A stretch of 64,000 nucleotides of DNA from Rhodosorus marinus CCMP1338 (taxonomy: Eukaryota > Plantae > Rhodophyta), in assembly GCA_029953675.1 (NCBI GenBank), contig JAMWBK010000003.1, positions 930,001-994,000 of the forward strand, written 5' to 3'. A model generated the notes under the pieces. It did not search any database. It was not told where the DNA came from and saw nothing but the letters and a program-made list of their open reading frames with translations. Made by a program: the position numbers and the translations under genes. Each line of letters starts with the position of its first letter. Position 1 is the stretch's first letter. Positions 24,000 to 34,632 of the stretch are shown one piece after another.

Positions 24000-25741
24000 T
24001 CACTTGACTTGCTCATAAGTGTACTCAAGCCATTCACAAAGCGCCTGAAGGTCTTCAGCCTCTACAGTGGCACCACACCAAATCCGAAGTCCTGGAGGGG
24101 CGTCACGATAGCTGTTGATATCCAGAGCAACGTTCTCTGCCTCAAGAAGCTTCTCCATTTCCTTCACCTTTTCCTTGGGCAGGTCCAGAGTCAGGCACAC
24201 ACTTGTGTTGGATCTGTTAAACATCATTCCGCAGCAGAATCTGTTAGCAATACACGCAGCCGAAATTTGCTTGGGGAGACATTTTTATATCGTGGCTTGG
24301 CTAACCTTATCTTCTCATCAGCAGCCAAGAAGTGAATCCAGCTCCGACTGCCCACGAAGTCCTCAAGGACTTTGAGGTTCCCCATCGATTTGGCCTCAAC
24401 GCCGGGTACCCCGCCGAGGTCCTGGACCCACTTGAGGGCATCCAAGTAGTCCTCTACGCACATCATCGATACAGTGTTGATCACGCTTCCATCAAACAGC
24501 TTCTCATCAAGCTTTCCTTTCTTCGTCATCCTGAAAATTTTCGGCATCGGCCATGGTGGTGTGTAGCTTTCCAGCCTAGGATCATCCACGTAACCAGATT
24601 CGTTCGGAGCAGAAGGTTAGCACTGCGTCAGGCAATGAAATTTAGGGAGAACCTAAGTACCTCTCAATAGCTTTTGGTGATAAGATGATCATCCCATGCG
24701 CAGCTTCACCCCCGAGCACCTTCTGCCAGGAGTATGTAACGACATCGAGTTTGTGCCATGGAAGCGACATGGCGAAGATTCCCGAGGTAGCATCGCATAT
24801 AGTCACACCCTCTCGATCATCCGAAATCCATTCAGCGCCGGCGGGAACCCTTACACCGGAAGTTGTACCATTCCAAGTGAAGACGACGTCATGAGCTGGG
24901 TTGACTTTAGTCAGGTCTGGAAGTTGGCCGTAGTCTGCGGTGATCTCGTTGACTTCCTTGATCTTCAGTTCCTTGACAACGTCACCATACCACCCCTAGA
25001 TTTTCGTCAACAGGGATCCGAGCGTGAGACCTTCGAAAAGTTCATCTATTGCTAAAGAAGCGAGTCTAATCGGAGGCAGACCTTTCCAAAGGATTCCCAG
25101 TGGCAGATATCGACAGGCCTTTCTCCGAGCATGCTCCACATTGCCATTTCAACGGCACCGGTATCTGAGGCCGGCACTATCGCAACCTGATATCCCTCCG
25201 GCAGTCCCAAGAGGCTCTTGGTTAACGAATACGCTTCCCTTACGACACATAACAAGTAGTCAAATCAGCGACATGCAAAGGAGGTTTCGGTACTGGACGG
25301 AATCATTGTTCAGGCAACGAAACACCAAAGCAGGATTTGGATCTCACCTGAGCTTCCCTATGGCTAGCTTCGAGCGATGAGATCTACCCAGAGGAGCATC
25401 TGCGAGCGCATCCAATGAATACCCTGGTCGCTTCTTGCAAGGACCGGACGAGAAGCAGGGTGACAAAGGCTTCTGGGTCGGCTTGGAAACCGCGGCCGCC
25501 GGTTTTGAGTCAGAAATCACCTGCAGACAATACGACCATTCCTTAAGAAACGAGACAAAACAAACAGGCAATACATCGCGAAACCTCGAGTTCGGACATC
25601 GAGAACCAAAATCCTCACCATTCTCAATCGACCCGATCCCACCGCAGGTCTTCTATTTCTCACGAGAATATTCCTCTCTAATCCCGGACGAACAGCACTA
25701 CCTACTCCCAGAAACCCAGACACAAAACAAGATCCGTGCAT
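24000..25741 (-). CDS. serC: Phosphoserine aminotransferase, Methanosarcina/alphaproteobacterial type, with plastid transit peptide, 6 exons
   Basis: [56 protein letters not shown] lysine in [39 protein letters not shown]. Exon 1 is [12 protein letters not shown]...GRLRM. Confidence 0.93.
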
Positions 25742-27179
25742 CCTATTCCTTCACAACCGGTACCCTACCCGGATCTACTCACAGCCCTCAAACAAACAAA
25801 TCACACCTTGCCACCCCACCCGAAACCTCTTCAAAAACTCTCCTCCCCCTCCTCCCTTTCGGTCCGCCAGTTCCCCGACCCTCACCCAACTACTGGAGAC
25901 CAGATCCTCCTCAGTTTTTATCCTCCCAACCCGACCCCCCCCCCTACCTCCGCAAAACATATATATGTATATAATTTCCTAACCAAATTTCATCAGAGAA
26001 CGTGTAAACTTTCGATGACAAATCTTGTCACTCATTTCTGTACCGTTCCCGCGGGATTCTTTCTAAAAAGCCACCCACCGTCCATCAATGCCGTCCAACG
26101 CAAAACCCGATTAAACATTGAAAACATGAATAATCGTCATCTACTATTCAGTCAATTAAACTCTAAATAGCTCCTAATATAAATATAATAAATTATTTGG
26201 TGTCAAATTGACTAGATTGGAGTGTGACTCTTAAAAGTTTTTAGGATGAGGTCATCTTGTATCGTTCAAGTGGAATATATCGTTATAGTCGGAATACAAA
26301 CTAAATTATTGAAATATTATGGACTACTATTAAGGTTTTATCGGTCTGTCGCATCGGCGGATGGAAATCCCGACGGGGGGGGGAAGGGGTTGGAATCTAC
26401 TACTTTTTATTGCCATTTAGGACACGTGGCATTTATTTGTTAGTTAAAATTATGTTGGAGGAGTATAATTGGTGAAAAATGTCACCGGCTTTTTGCTAAC
26501 CAATTGTTTACGAGAATGAGATATTCAGTTGACCAATTGGATGGGTTGAAATGGATACAAGTTCAGATTGGAGTTTCGTGTGAAAAGCCATCGGAGATGT
26601 TGGTCAGCAGCAGTGGCAAGGTGTTGGAAAGGCTGGGGTTCCCATTCTCGAGGGGAACCATCAAGATCGTCGACATGAAGATAGAAGCAGGACGAGGTTT
26701 CCAGTTCTCACTGAGACTACTATCCCCTGCCACTCCACTCCACTGTTGTGAACGGACTAGTTTCTAAGCCCCACAACTACCTTGTGCCAGAGAACCAACA
26801 CCTCCCACGGGTCGCTGTGGTGGCCATCTTCTGCTGAACAGGCGAAGGTTTGGTCCAGATATTCCACAGCATTATGTTCCACTGAATTCTAGCGAAACTT
26901 GGCGTGTCTGTGTGATGTACCTACAAGAGAACTGCTGTTTCAAGACTAGCACCACGACATTCGCAGCTAAGTAGCCCAAGTGGGGTCCTAAGAGAGGTTT
27001 TCGAGGTGACTGAGGATTTTATATGAATGCTATAGAAGTAGGGCTGGAACATCTGGCGCGGATGCAGGGATCGGTTTGTGAGAAGGGCTGAGAAGCAAAA
27101 TTTTTGTTTTCGCTGTTTTTCATCTTTTACCGCAGACGTCTGACTATATCTACGCACGAATTGGGCTCTGCGTTGTTGA

Positions 27180-28619
27180 TCAAGAATGGTTTACCAGTCG
27201 CCACACTGTTAATCCAGCATGTGAGAGGAAGATTGCGCTGGCACTGGAGAGTACTCCGAGAGATATTTTCGTCTTGGTGTTGAGCTCAGCATCATCGACA
27301 TAGAACCTGTCCGTGGGCTTCTGATCCTCTCTGCCCCCGGTTCCCGGGCCGACATCTGCGACTGAGAAGGTGGTGGCATTGTGATAGACAAGAGGGGAAA
27401 GTTTTCGATCTTGGCCTTCAATGACCGCACAGGAGAGAAGATCATCTCCATCTGCTGCAATGTCGAGCAGTGGGCGTCTGAAGTTCATAGACTTCGGCTT
27501 GTAAAGCCAGTGCAAGAGATTCCACGAACGGGGGCCTTCAATCGAGAAAATTGATACCTTTCGAGTCTGCATTGAAACATCCGACACCGCAAGCATCTTA
27601 TCTGTCACCGCGATGCTGTGCCCGTAACGCCTGGGAGTCAAGCCGTACAAGAAGTAGTCGTTAACCACCAATTCCTGGATATCAGCTACCCCGCCAGCAT
27701 TAAGCGATGCGACTAGCACAGAATGTCTGAACTGGCAATTCTTGCACCCGAGAACAGCTTTTGTCCTGGAGACAGCCACAGAGCCTTTGAATTCTTTTTC
27801 TCCTGGAAGAGGTTCGTCTTTTCGTTCAGGGGTATGAAATGGCCAAGGAGGAAAGGATACTATTTCCGGAAACTTCATTACTCTTGCTGGCTTCCAACCG
27901 GATGCATCCCTGCTGAAGATCATGCCCAGTATTCGAACTTCTGAATGCAGTGCGACAATTCCCCACGAAATCCCGAATTCAAGCTCTCCGAAACTAGTTA
28001 CAGAGCCCAAAACACGCCCTGAATCTTCAAACCCTCCCAAGTGCTGAACAGTGCTGACGGGCAGCTGTTGCGAGAGCTCTAAACTCCCGCTTTTGGTGCG
28101 GAAGTACCATTGTATCAACTCCCTTGATGAAACGGCGAGAAATCTATTGCTAGCTGACAAACTCTGCCCAAATTGAGAGTGATCAGCTTCAACCACTTGC
28201 TTTTTCTGTCCGTCGTAGTACGCGGTTACTTCTCCGCCGTGACCCGGCCGGTATGCCCCAAAAAAGCTCCACATACCGAACACAGCGACGCCAGATGCCA
28301 CCCAGTCCTTCGCTTCTGTACTCGGGAACTCGACGGCAACGTTTTTCCAGGTTCCCTCGTCCTGCCTAAGGATAAACACACGCCCTCGTCCCGCGTGAGA
28401 GTTGGCACTGATTGCCATCCGACTGGAGTGCCACGCTACTGACGCCTGCTTAACTCCTGGTCCAAGCGGATCGTCCAGCACGTCTTGAATATCCAGAGGT
28501 TGGACATCCCTCCGAACCGCCAAAGATCTCGCGTCGAAGTTAAGCCCGTTAACAAGAGAACAGAGGCTTATGACCAGAAGAATCACCCAGAGGCTCCCTC
28601 CCTTCACCGTGAAACCCAT
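27180..28619 (-). CDS. Predicted type-I membrane protein with FG-GAP-like beta-propeller repeats, intronless
   Basis: Signal peptide MGFTVKGGSLWVILLVISLCSLVNG; repeats SQFGQSLSASNRFLAVS, RYGHSIAVTDKMLAVS, FKGSVAVSRTKAVLG; C-terminal hydrophobic segment ISLGVLSSASAIFLSHAGLTVW. Uninterrupted ORF of about 480 aa. Confidence 0.65.
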   Translation of the reverse strand: MGFTVKGGSLWVILLVISLCSLVNGLNFDARSLAVRRDVQPLDIQDVLDDPLGPGVKQASVAWHSSRMAISANSHAGRGRVFILRQDEGTWKNVAVEFPSTEAKDWVASGVAVFGMWSFFGAYRPGHGGEVTAYYDGQKKQVVEADHSQFGQSLSASNRFLAVSSRELIQWYFRTKSGSLELSQQLPVSTVQHLGGFEDSGRVLGSVTSFGELEFGISWGIVALHSEVRILGMIFSRDASGWKPARVMKFPEIVSFPPWPFHTPERKDEPLPGEKEFKGSVAVSRTKAVLGCKNCQFRHSVLVASLNAGGVADIQELVVNDYFLYGLTPRRYGHSIAVTDKMLAVSDVSMQTRKVSIFSIEGPRSWNLLHWLYKPKSMNFRRPLLDIAADGDDLLSCAVIEGQDRKLSPLVYHNATTFSVADVGPGTGGREDQKPTDRFYVDDAELNTKTKISLGVLSSASAIFLSHAGLTVWRLVNHS

Positions 28620-29581
28620 CGGCGAGACCCCAACTGAAGGACAGCGAGATTTTGGAGCTGAAAACGTCCTCCAGCGTTTTCTCAGCACTCACGAAACGTA
28701 CAACTCATCAGAAAACGCCAGCACTACGCAGCTATGGTTGGCTATCCCTCCCAACCCCAACCCCAAGGACACCCTACCATGTCATTATCCATTCTTATCG
28801 AGCCGACCAAAACACTCAATGGCAGTATCCCCAAAATTCAATTAATGAAAATTATTGTCATGCCCCTTCGTAGAACCCAATCATCACATGATGTGACAAA
28901 TCAGAAAATCTCATTATACAAATTAAAATTTGACGCGCGTCAAAGAGTCACCGATTGGAAAATAAATGACAGAAATACAACGTGAACGGATTCGTAGCAT
29001 AATTTGTACAGTATTATTATACTAGTGTACCAATGAAAACTCTTAATCGTGATTTATAGAATAAATTAGATCGAGTTCAGTTCTGATCAACCTAGGCGCG
29101 TTGGTTCTCTGTCGCTTTAGTAGGCGGAGCAACACTGTACGATCGGCCAGTGCGATTTCGCTAGATCTTTGGTCAGAGAGAACGATTGTTAAGCAAAGTG
29201 GACTGACTACCTGCAAGAAATGGATCTGTGCCCCTGACAAGATCCATTCTGTCGGGAGAATTGCTCAGTTTCGATGCTGAGGTAGCGATCTAAAGACGAC
29301 CACGAATGGTTTTAGTGATCAGTTGAAAAACTCGATTTGAGATCAGGTAGTGAGCATGAAGAAGCCTGGGTTACAGAGGACTAGGGGACATAGAGCCTCT
29401 TTTTTTTTAATTTGGTATGTTCGAAGTTTCAATCGATTCGAGCTCTTGATGCGGTGAAGTCGGGGTTGCAGTCGCTTTTGGCAAGACAATGGCTCTTGCC
29501 AAAAAGCCTCGGGACCACATACAATCTGTTCCTGGTTCGTTTAGAAGCGAGCAGGTGCCAACATGTCTGGAACTACTGAAT

Positions 29582-30724
29582 CTAGTTCTTCAACCCGTCT
29601 GCTGCGTCCTGGTCGATGAACCACGTCACTGAACCGTTGGAGGGCCTAACAAGTTTTGCGGGAAGTTCCGAGTTCGGATCCTTGCACGTACGTACAAAAC
29701 AGGTGTGTTTGGCAAAAACGACATTTGTCAGAAGACGAAAGTTTAAAGCGGAGAATTGATATGCGATCCCTAGCCATACCTTCAGTATTGACCTCATTGC
29801 ATCCTTCTTGGAGGACCCAGTGCTGACGAAAACGACTTCCTTGGCGGCGTTCAAAACGGGGTAGGTGAGAGTCACTCTCTCAGGTGGAGGCTTCGGAGAG
29901 TCTAGAATGTGTGCTACCGTCTTGGAATTCTCCTGCAACTATTCACGTTGAACAAGTTTGCAACGAACGGAGTTAGTCTAAGCACCGCATTTGTCTAAAC
30001 CGATCTCAGCTGCTTACCAAAGGATGCCCAGGGAAAAGGGAGCAGGTATGTCCATCCGGTCCAATGCCCAAGAACAAAAGATCTGTAGTTTTGAAACAAA
30101 GCGTTAGCGCATGGATGCCTTTGCTCAAAACTGAATTCGGGTATCTCACCGAAAACAGGAATTCCCTCGCCAATACCAGCCTCCAAAGATTTAGCATACG
30201 CAGCGGCACATTCTTCCGGGGTAAGAGAAGGATCAATGGGGTATATCTGGGAAAGAAGAAGGCCATCCTTGAGCAAATCCGGTGAACTCGCGTGGTTTCT
30301 GCGGAGCGAGCTCGCTTTTCGTCCATACCTGGTCTGCCGGAATGTCCACTTTGTCGAACAGCTCCGTTTTGGAAAGGCCATAGTTTGAATCTTCATGATC
30401 CAAGGGCACACATCTTTCATCAGCAAAATAAACATGCCAAGACGAGAACTCGGCGCGAGTTTTACAATCGTCCGTGACCAGGTCCTTAGCCAGTGTCTTC
30501 GGGAGCGATCCTCCAGAGAGCGCGACTACAAACTTCCCCTTTTCCCTTTTCGCTTCAGCTGCTTTCTGGATAACGAACTCGGCAAGCTGCTTCGAGAGGA
30601 CATCCTTTGTCGCAGAGATCTGCAGACTAATGCTTCCTTCCGCTTGCATCGTGACTGATCGACCCCGACTACAATTTTGAACTCTCCGTCGAAGTGTAAA
30701 GCTGTTACTGACAACAAATCCCAT
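29582..30724 (-). CDS. PGL: 6-phosphogluconolactonase with plastid-type transit peptide, 5 exons
   Basis: [73 protein letters not shown]-terminus [14 protein letters not shown]...SVTM. Confidence 0.95.
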
Positions 30725-31589
30725 GAGAAATCTTAGTCTCCTTCAATACCGTCACCTCGTGGCCCTCTCTCCTCTCCGTCTTTGAAGAGCATAAAGGCCA
30801 ACTGACTTTGCTTAATCCCGCACCGAGCTTGCATAGTGACACTTACATAAGAACTTATATGAATCTTCGTTTTTATTTCCATTACAACATATAACAACGA
30901 CGCAAAAGCTTTCTAAATGGATCAATACAAAGTGGTTGTGATAGTTACAATATTTTACTCTTTCGGTGTTTTTTTGTAGATTTTGGTAAGATATTTTGTA
31001 CGGTGCAGGTCGATTCATCTTGGTGAAGGTTTCCGTCGAAATAGGTCGCGAAGACAAGGTATTGTGAAGCTTGACTTGGACGGGTATGCCATATCGTCGT
31101 TAGCGATGCCTCATAATGATACAACCTTGGACTGTATAACTTGCTCCAGTACGAGCTTAATGCATAGGTCGCTAAAAACAAGAGTTAGCAGGGCCGAAAT
31201 GGGGAGAGGGATATGAGAGAGAAGAGGGGCAGCTGTGAATAAGTGCGATTTCCGGGATAATCTCTATCGTGGCTATGCGACTTCAGTCGACACCGCGCGG
31301 ATCTCTGCGAGCCGCTTCGGTGATTTACCAGTGCTCGCCCCAGCGCCGGAGTACTGGCTGCCATTGTCTACGACTGGACAGCTCAACGGACCTGACTACG
31401 GGAGGATTCCTGACCAGCTGATTTGTATTCCCCACGTTGGCGTCAACACGAAGCGCCCCAGTCGCTCCGGTCGGGGTTTACGGCTTTCAGAGAGTGTTCT
31501 GCCATTACGTTCATGGCGACTTCAGAAAACTCACAAACCCAACCGTGTTCGGGCGCGAGCGGAAAACCCGAACCCTTGCTTCGAATCTA

Positions 31590-32760
31590 CCGTACATCTA
31601 TCAGGACAGCTTCCAGCCTTGTGTCCTCACCACGCCGGGGCCTTGCATTGAAGAATCTCTCCTCCATTCCCGCAAATGGGTCCAGTCTCGCAGCCCAAAC
31701 CTGACAGCAAGTGCAAGGACAAGGCGGTGGGCAGGAGAGATTAGCCGAAAACTCTGCATCCATTCCGACGTGAGGCACAAATGATGATGCTGAATGTGCG
31801 TGCGGAAGGAAAACAGAAATAAACCGGGCTCATATCCTCTCCCGTCATTTCTGACTCCTAATGCTTGACTATGAAGACAAACTTTGTGTTTAAGACTTGT
31901 GATCCTTGGGTCTTGCTTCTGCCCCTCCGTTGAGTGCTGACATAGGGAAGTCAGTTCCTCCATCATTGCCGACCTCCGCAGCTCATTATCCGGGCTCGCA
32001 AAAGCTTCCTTTAGATTCTTCAGTCCCGGGTGCTCTTCTGTATTTGTGTGCATGACATCACCTGCCGCTGCTGCATGCCGTAGCTGACCCGTTCTCGGTG
32101 GGCTCATGACTTGTGTCCTGTGGCAGGTTCTCACTGCTATCTCTCATCAACTTCTCTGCCATTGGCCCGGCAGTATTTCCTGTAGCCTCATGGGCGTCAC
32201 GTGCCACGGCTTCCTTCACGTAGCTAACCTCGACGACTTTACTGAAGATGTAGTTTTGACCAAGTAGGTGTCCAAGAAAACCGTAGCGAACCCTGGTTGA
32301 GTACCCTCCGTCAGCCAATACTCCAAACTCCTACAACGCCTCTGATTCCAACAACTCCACAGGTTTGAGCCCAGGTGGAAAAACCTGTGGAGTTGTTGGA
32401 ATCTGAGGACACTAGAAAAATTCAAGCCAGGCTCGATCACCTACCGCTCTGTCAGAACGGGAGGACCGCAACAATTGAACGCCTAAAGATAATCCCCGTC
32501 GAGTTTGCCCAAGTCTTCCCAGAAACTCGGAGCTCGTGCTAGCCCTCAAAAGCCACACACTCAGTCCAGTGAGAACCTCAACCAAACGAATGTCGCCCAG
32601 GAGAAAAAGAAAAAAACTGACACCAAAAGCTGGGATGGTGTCTTTTTCTTCTTCCGGCAAACGGCCACTTCTCCACACACCACCCTGTGGCGTTCGGGGA
32701 GGGCTAAAAGAAAACAAAAAAAACCTGATTGTCGAGTAATATCCAAAATCGAAGTCAGAC
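31590..32760 (-). CDS. Probable multi-exon hypothetical protein; model unresolved
   Basis: Coding-like frames DIRLVEVLTGLS...SRSDRA|EFGVLADGGYSTRVRYG... joined by a GTAGGT...TTGTAG intron (32331-32444), plus HPGLKNLKEAF...SLKHK|VWAARLDPFAG. The join near 32060 needs a frameshift or a weak intron. Confidence 0.3.
32339..32408. repeat. Perfect 23-bp inverted repeat (28-bp stem with 1 mismatch, 14-nt loop)
   Basis: GATTCCAACAACTCCACAGGTTT (32344-32366) is the exact reverse complement of AAACCTGTGGAGTTGTTGGAATC (32381-32403). Confidence 0.95.
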
Positions 32761-32918
32761 ATAAAAAAAAACAAAAACACCCACTTACAAACCCAACCGA
32801 AGAAAAAATTTGCGGGGTTGTGGCGCATCCCCTTCAATCCCTTACCTTGCCCACCGCCCCCCCAAAAAAAAAAAAACAGAACGGGGCTCAAATTGCAGAA
32901 ACGCAACAACCTCCCTCG

Positions 32919-33124
32919 GATCCCTTGCCGAGCAAAAGAAAAGAAAAGGACACCTCTTCAAATGGCCAGAGCGGCATCGCTGGATCCATTGCCGATGGCA
33001 ACAAAAAAAGGGGAAAAAAACAGCTCTTTTCAAATGGCCAGAGCGGCATCGAGCGGGAGGTCCCTTGCCGAGCAAAAAAAGAAATAAGGCACAAGTTATC
33101 ACGAAATAAGGCACAAGTTATCAC
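32919..33124. repeat. Degenerate ~70-bp tandem units plus an exact 22-bp tandem duplication
   Basis: TCCCTTGCCGAGCAAAA at 32921 and 33061; CAAATGGCCAGAGCGGCATCG at 32959 and 33031; GAAATAAGGCACAAGTTATCAC twice (33081-33124). Confidence 0.85.
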
Positions 33125-33715
33125 CGCGCACTGTTTTTCAGGCTATTTTTTTTTTTACATCATATCCAATCGAAGAATTACTACTGTCAGCATGCCCTGG
33201 TGTAAAAAAACTCATCTTATCCAAATATCGTTTATTATTTTACATAAATACACTATTTATCCTATTATCCCCAAAAAGATAAGGTGGGGGGGGAAAATAG
33301 CTTTCAGCCGATGTACGTTGTACCAAAAAAAATGATGTTGGAGATATGCGTTAGAGGAAGTTAAGAGTCATCTGATTATTCAATCGTTCTACCTATAAAG
33401 GATTAATTTTAAATAATAATTAATATTGAGGATTTATTGGATTGAATATTGTAGTGACGATTAAAGTGGTGTTTAGGGTCTCGAATTGATGTAGCGAGCC
33501 TTGTTGGGATGGTGATGGTGCGGGAGTCTGGCTGCGAAGTTGGAAGGGTTTTGGCTGATGTAGAGGGAGGGTTTGACCCTATATGTATATGTGTTTGTTG
33601 TGCGTTGGGCAGGGTGGATGGAGAGTGAAGGGGGACTAAGTAAGGTTTAAACATATATTGAGAGTTGAGCGGGTTGTTTTTTGTTTTTGTTTTTGGTATT
33701 CGTGTACATTTTTGA

Positions 33716-33919
33716 ATGGATGTTGCTTTGATTGTGACGCTTTGCGTCATTGGAGGCCTCTTGCTCATTGCTTTTGCCATCTTTGGAGTGCAGAAGACGA
33801 TCGGTGGGATTGTGAGCGGGACACAGTTTGTTGTGAATGAAATTATTTGGGGTATACCGAAGACGCTGTTGGGCAGTCGGGAGCGGGAGAAGCAGCAGGA
33901 ACGGCAGGCATATGGTTAG
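33716..33919 (+). CDS. Putative 67-aa single-pass membrane microprotein
   Basis: MDVALIVTLCVIGGLLLIAFAIFGVQK...: an N-terminal TM helix, an amphipathic middle and a charged tail. A G/T-rich leader upstream matches the other genes. Confidence 0.5.
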   Translation: MDVALIVTLCVIGGLLLIAFAIFGVQKTIGGIVSGTQFVVNEIIWGIPKTLLGSREREKQQERQAYG

Positions 33920-34452
33920 TTCCTCGATTTTGATGAACGCAATGCAGACGCTTTCAGTTGTTTTCTGAACGTTTGATCTTTTCGGAATCTTCTGCTTATG
34001 TTCAATAGCGAATCCATATCCGCATGGGAAGGAGCAATCATGGTGGGAGTGGTTCACGAGTTGGTTCTCCGGATAGACAGTGGTATAGACAGTCTTGGCA
34101 GTGGATTTTTGCGGAAGTTTTAATTTCCTGATTCCAAGACGGCGCACCGCTGCGGAGGAATGTAGTCGGATACCTGTCGAATTTGGATGAAAAGAATCGT
34201 ATGACAAGGGTTTGTTTCTATCGAAGGGACACCTGATGCTGGAGTTACTTTTGGGGCTTGTCGGGGTGTCTGCTGTTTCGTACAGAACTCCGGCGTATTG
34301 TATTTAAGCCTACCGACAAGTAAAAGTTGTTTCCGAAACTTTGGAGTCGGTTTTATATGTACTTAGGCGTCAGTTTTTTATGTACAACAAGCATGTCTAG
34401 CTCTTGGCTACGAACAACAATGTGAGCACATCTTTGCTTGATACCTTATCAA

Positions 34453-34632
34453 CTAGCTCAACCTCCCGTCGCTAAGAGAGCTTCTCTGCAGCTCATCCTT
34501 TGACTTCTTCGCCTCCTCCAGTAGCTTATTCACCAATCTGTCCGCATGTTCACGTACTCTTGCTACCTGCTCGTCACATTCTCTTCGGAGATATTCCTCA
34601 ACGCTCATATCCACAGTCCGCTTTTCCGCCAT
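34453..34632 (-). CDS. 59-aa coiled-coil microprotein resembling the Survivin/Bir1/BORI C-terminal CPC helix
   Basis: MAEKRTVDMSVEEYLRRECDEQVARVREHADRLVNKLLEEAKKSKDEL; the ATG sits in a GCGATGG context. Confidence 0.6.
   Translation of the reverse strand: MAEKRTVDMSVEEYLRRECDEQVARVREHADRLVNKLLEEAKKSKDELQRSSLSDGRLS

Noticed and set aside
32412-33335. 276-aa Lys-rich ORF (32505-33335) and overlapping ORFs
   Set aside because: These result from A-tracts and low-complexity repeats.
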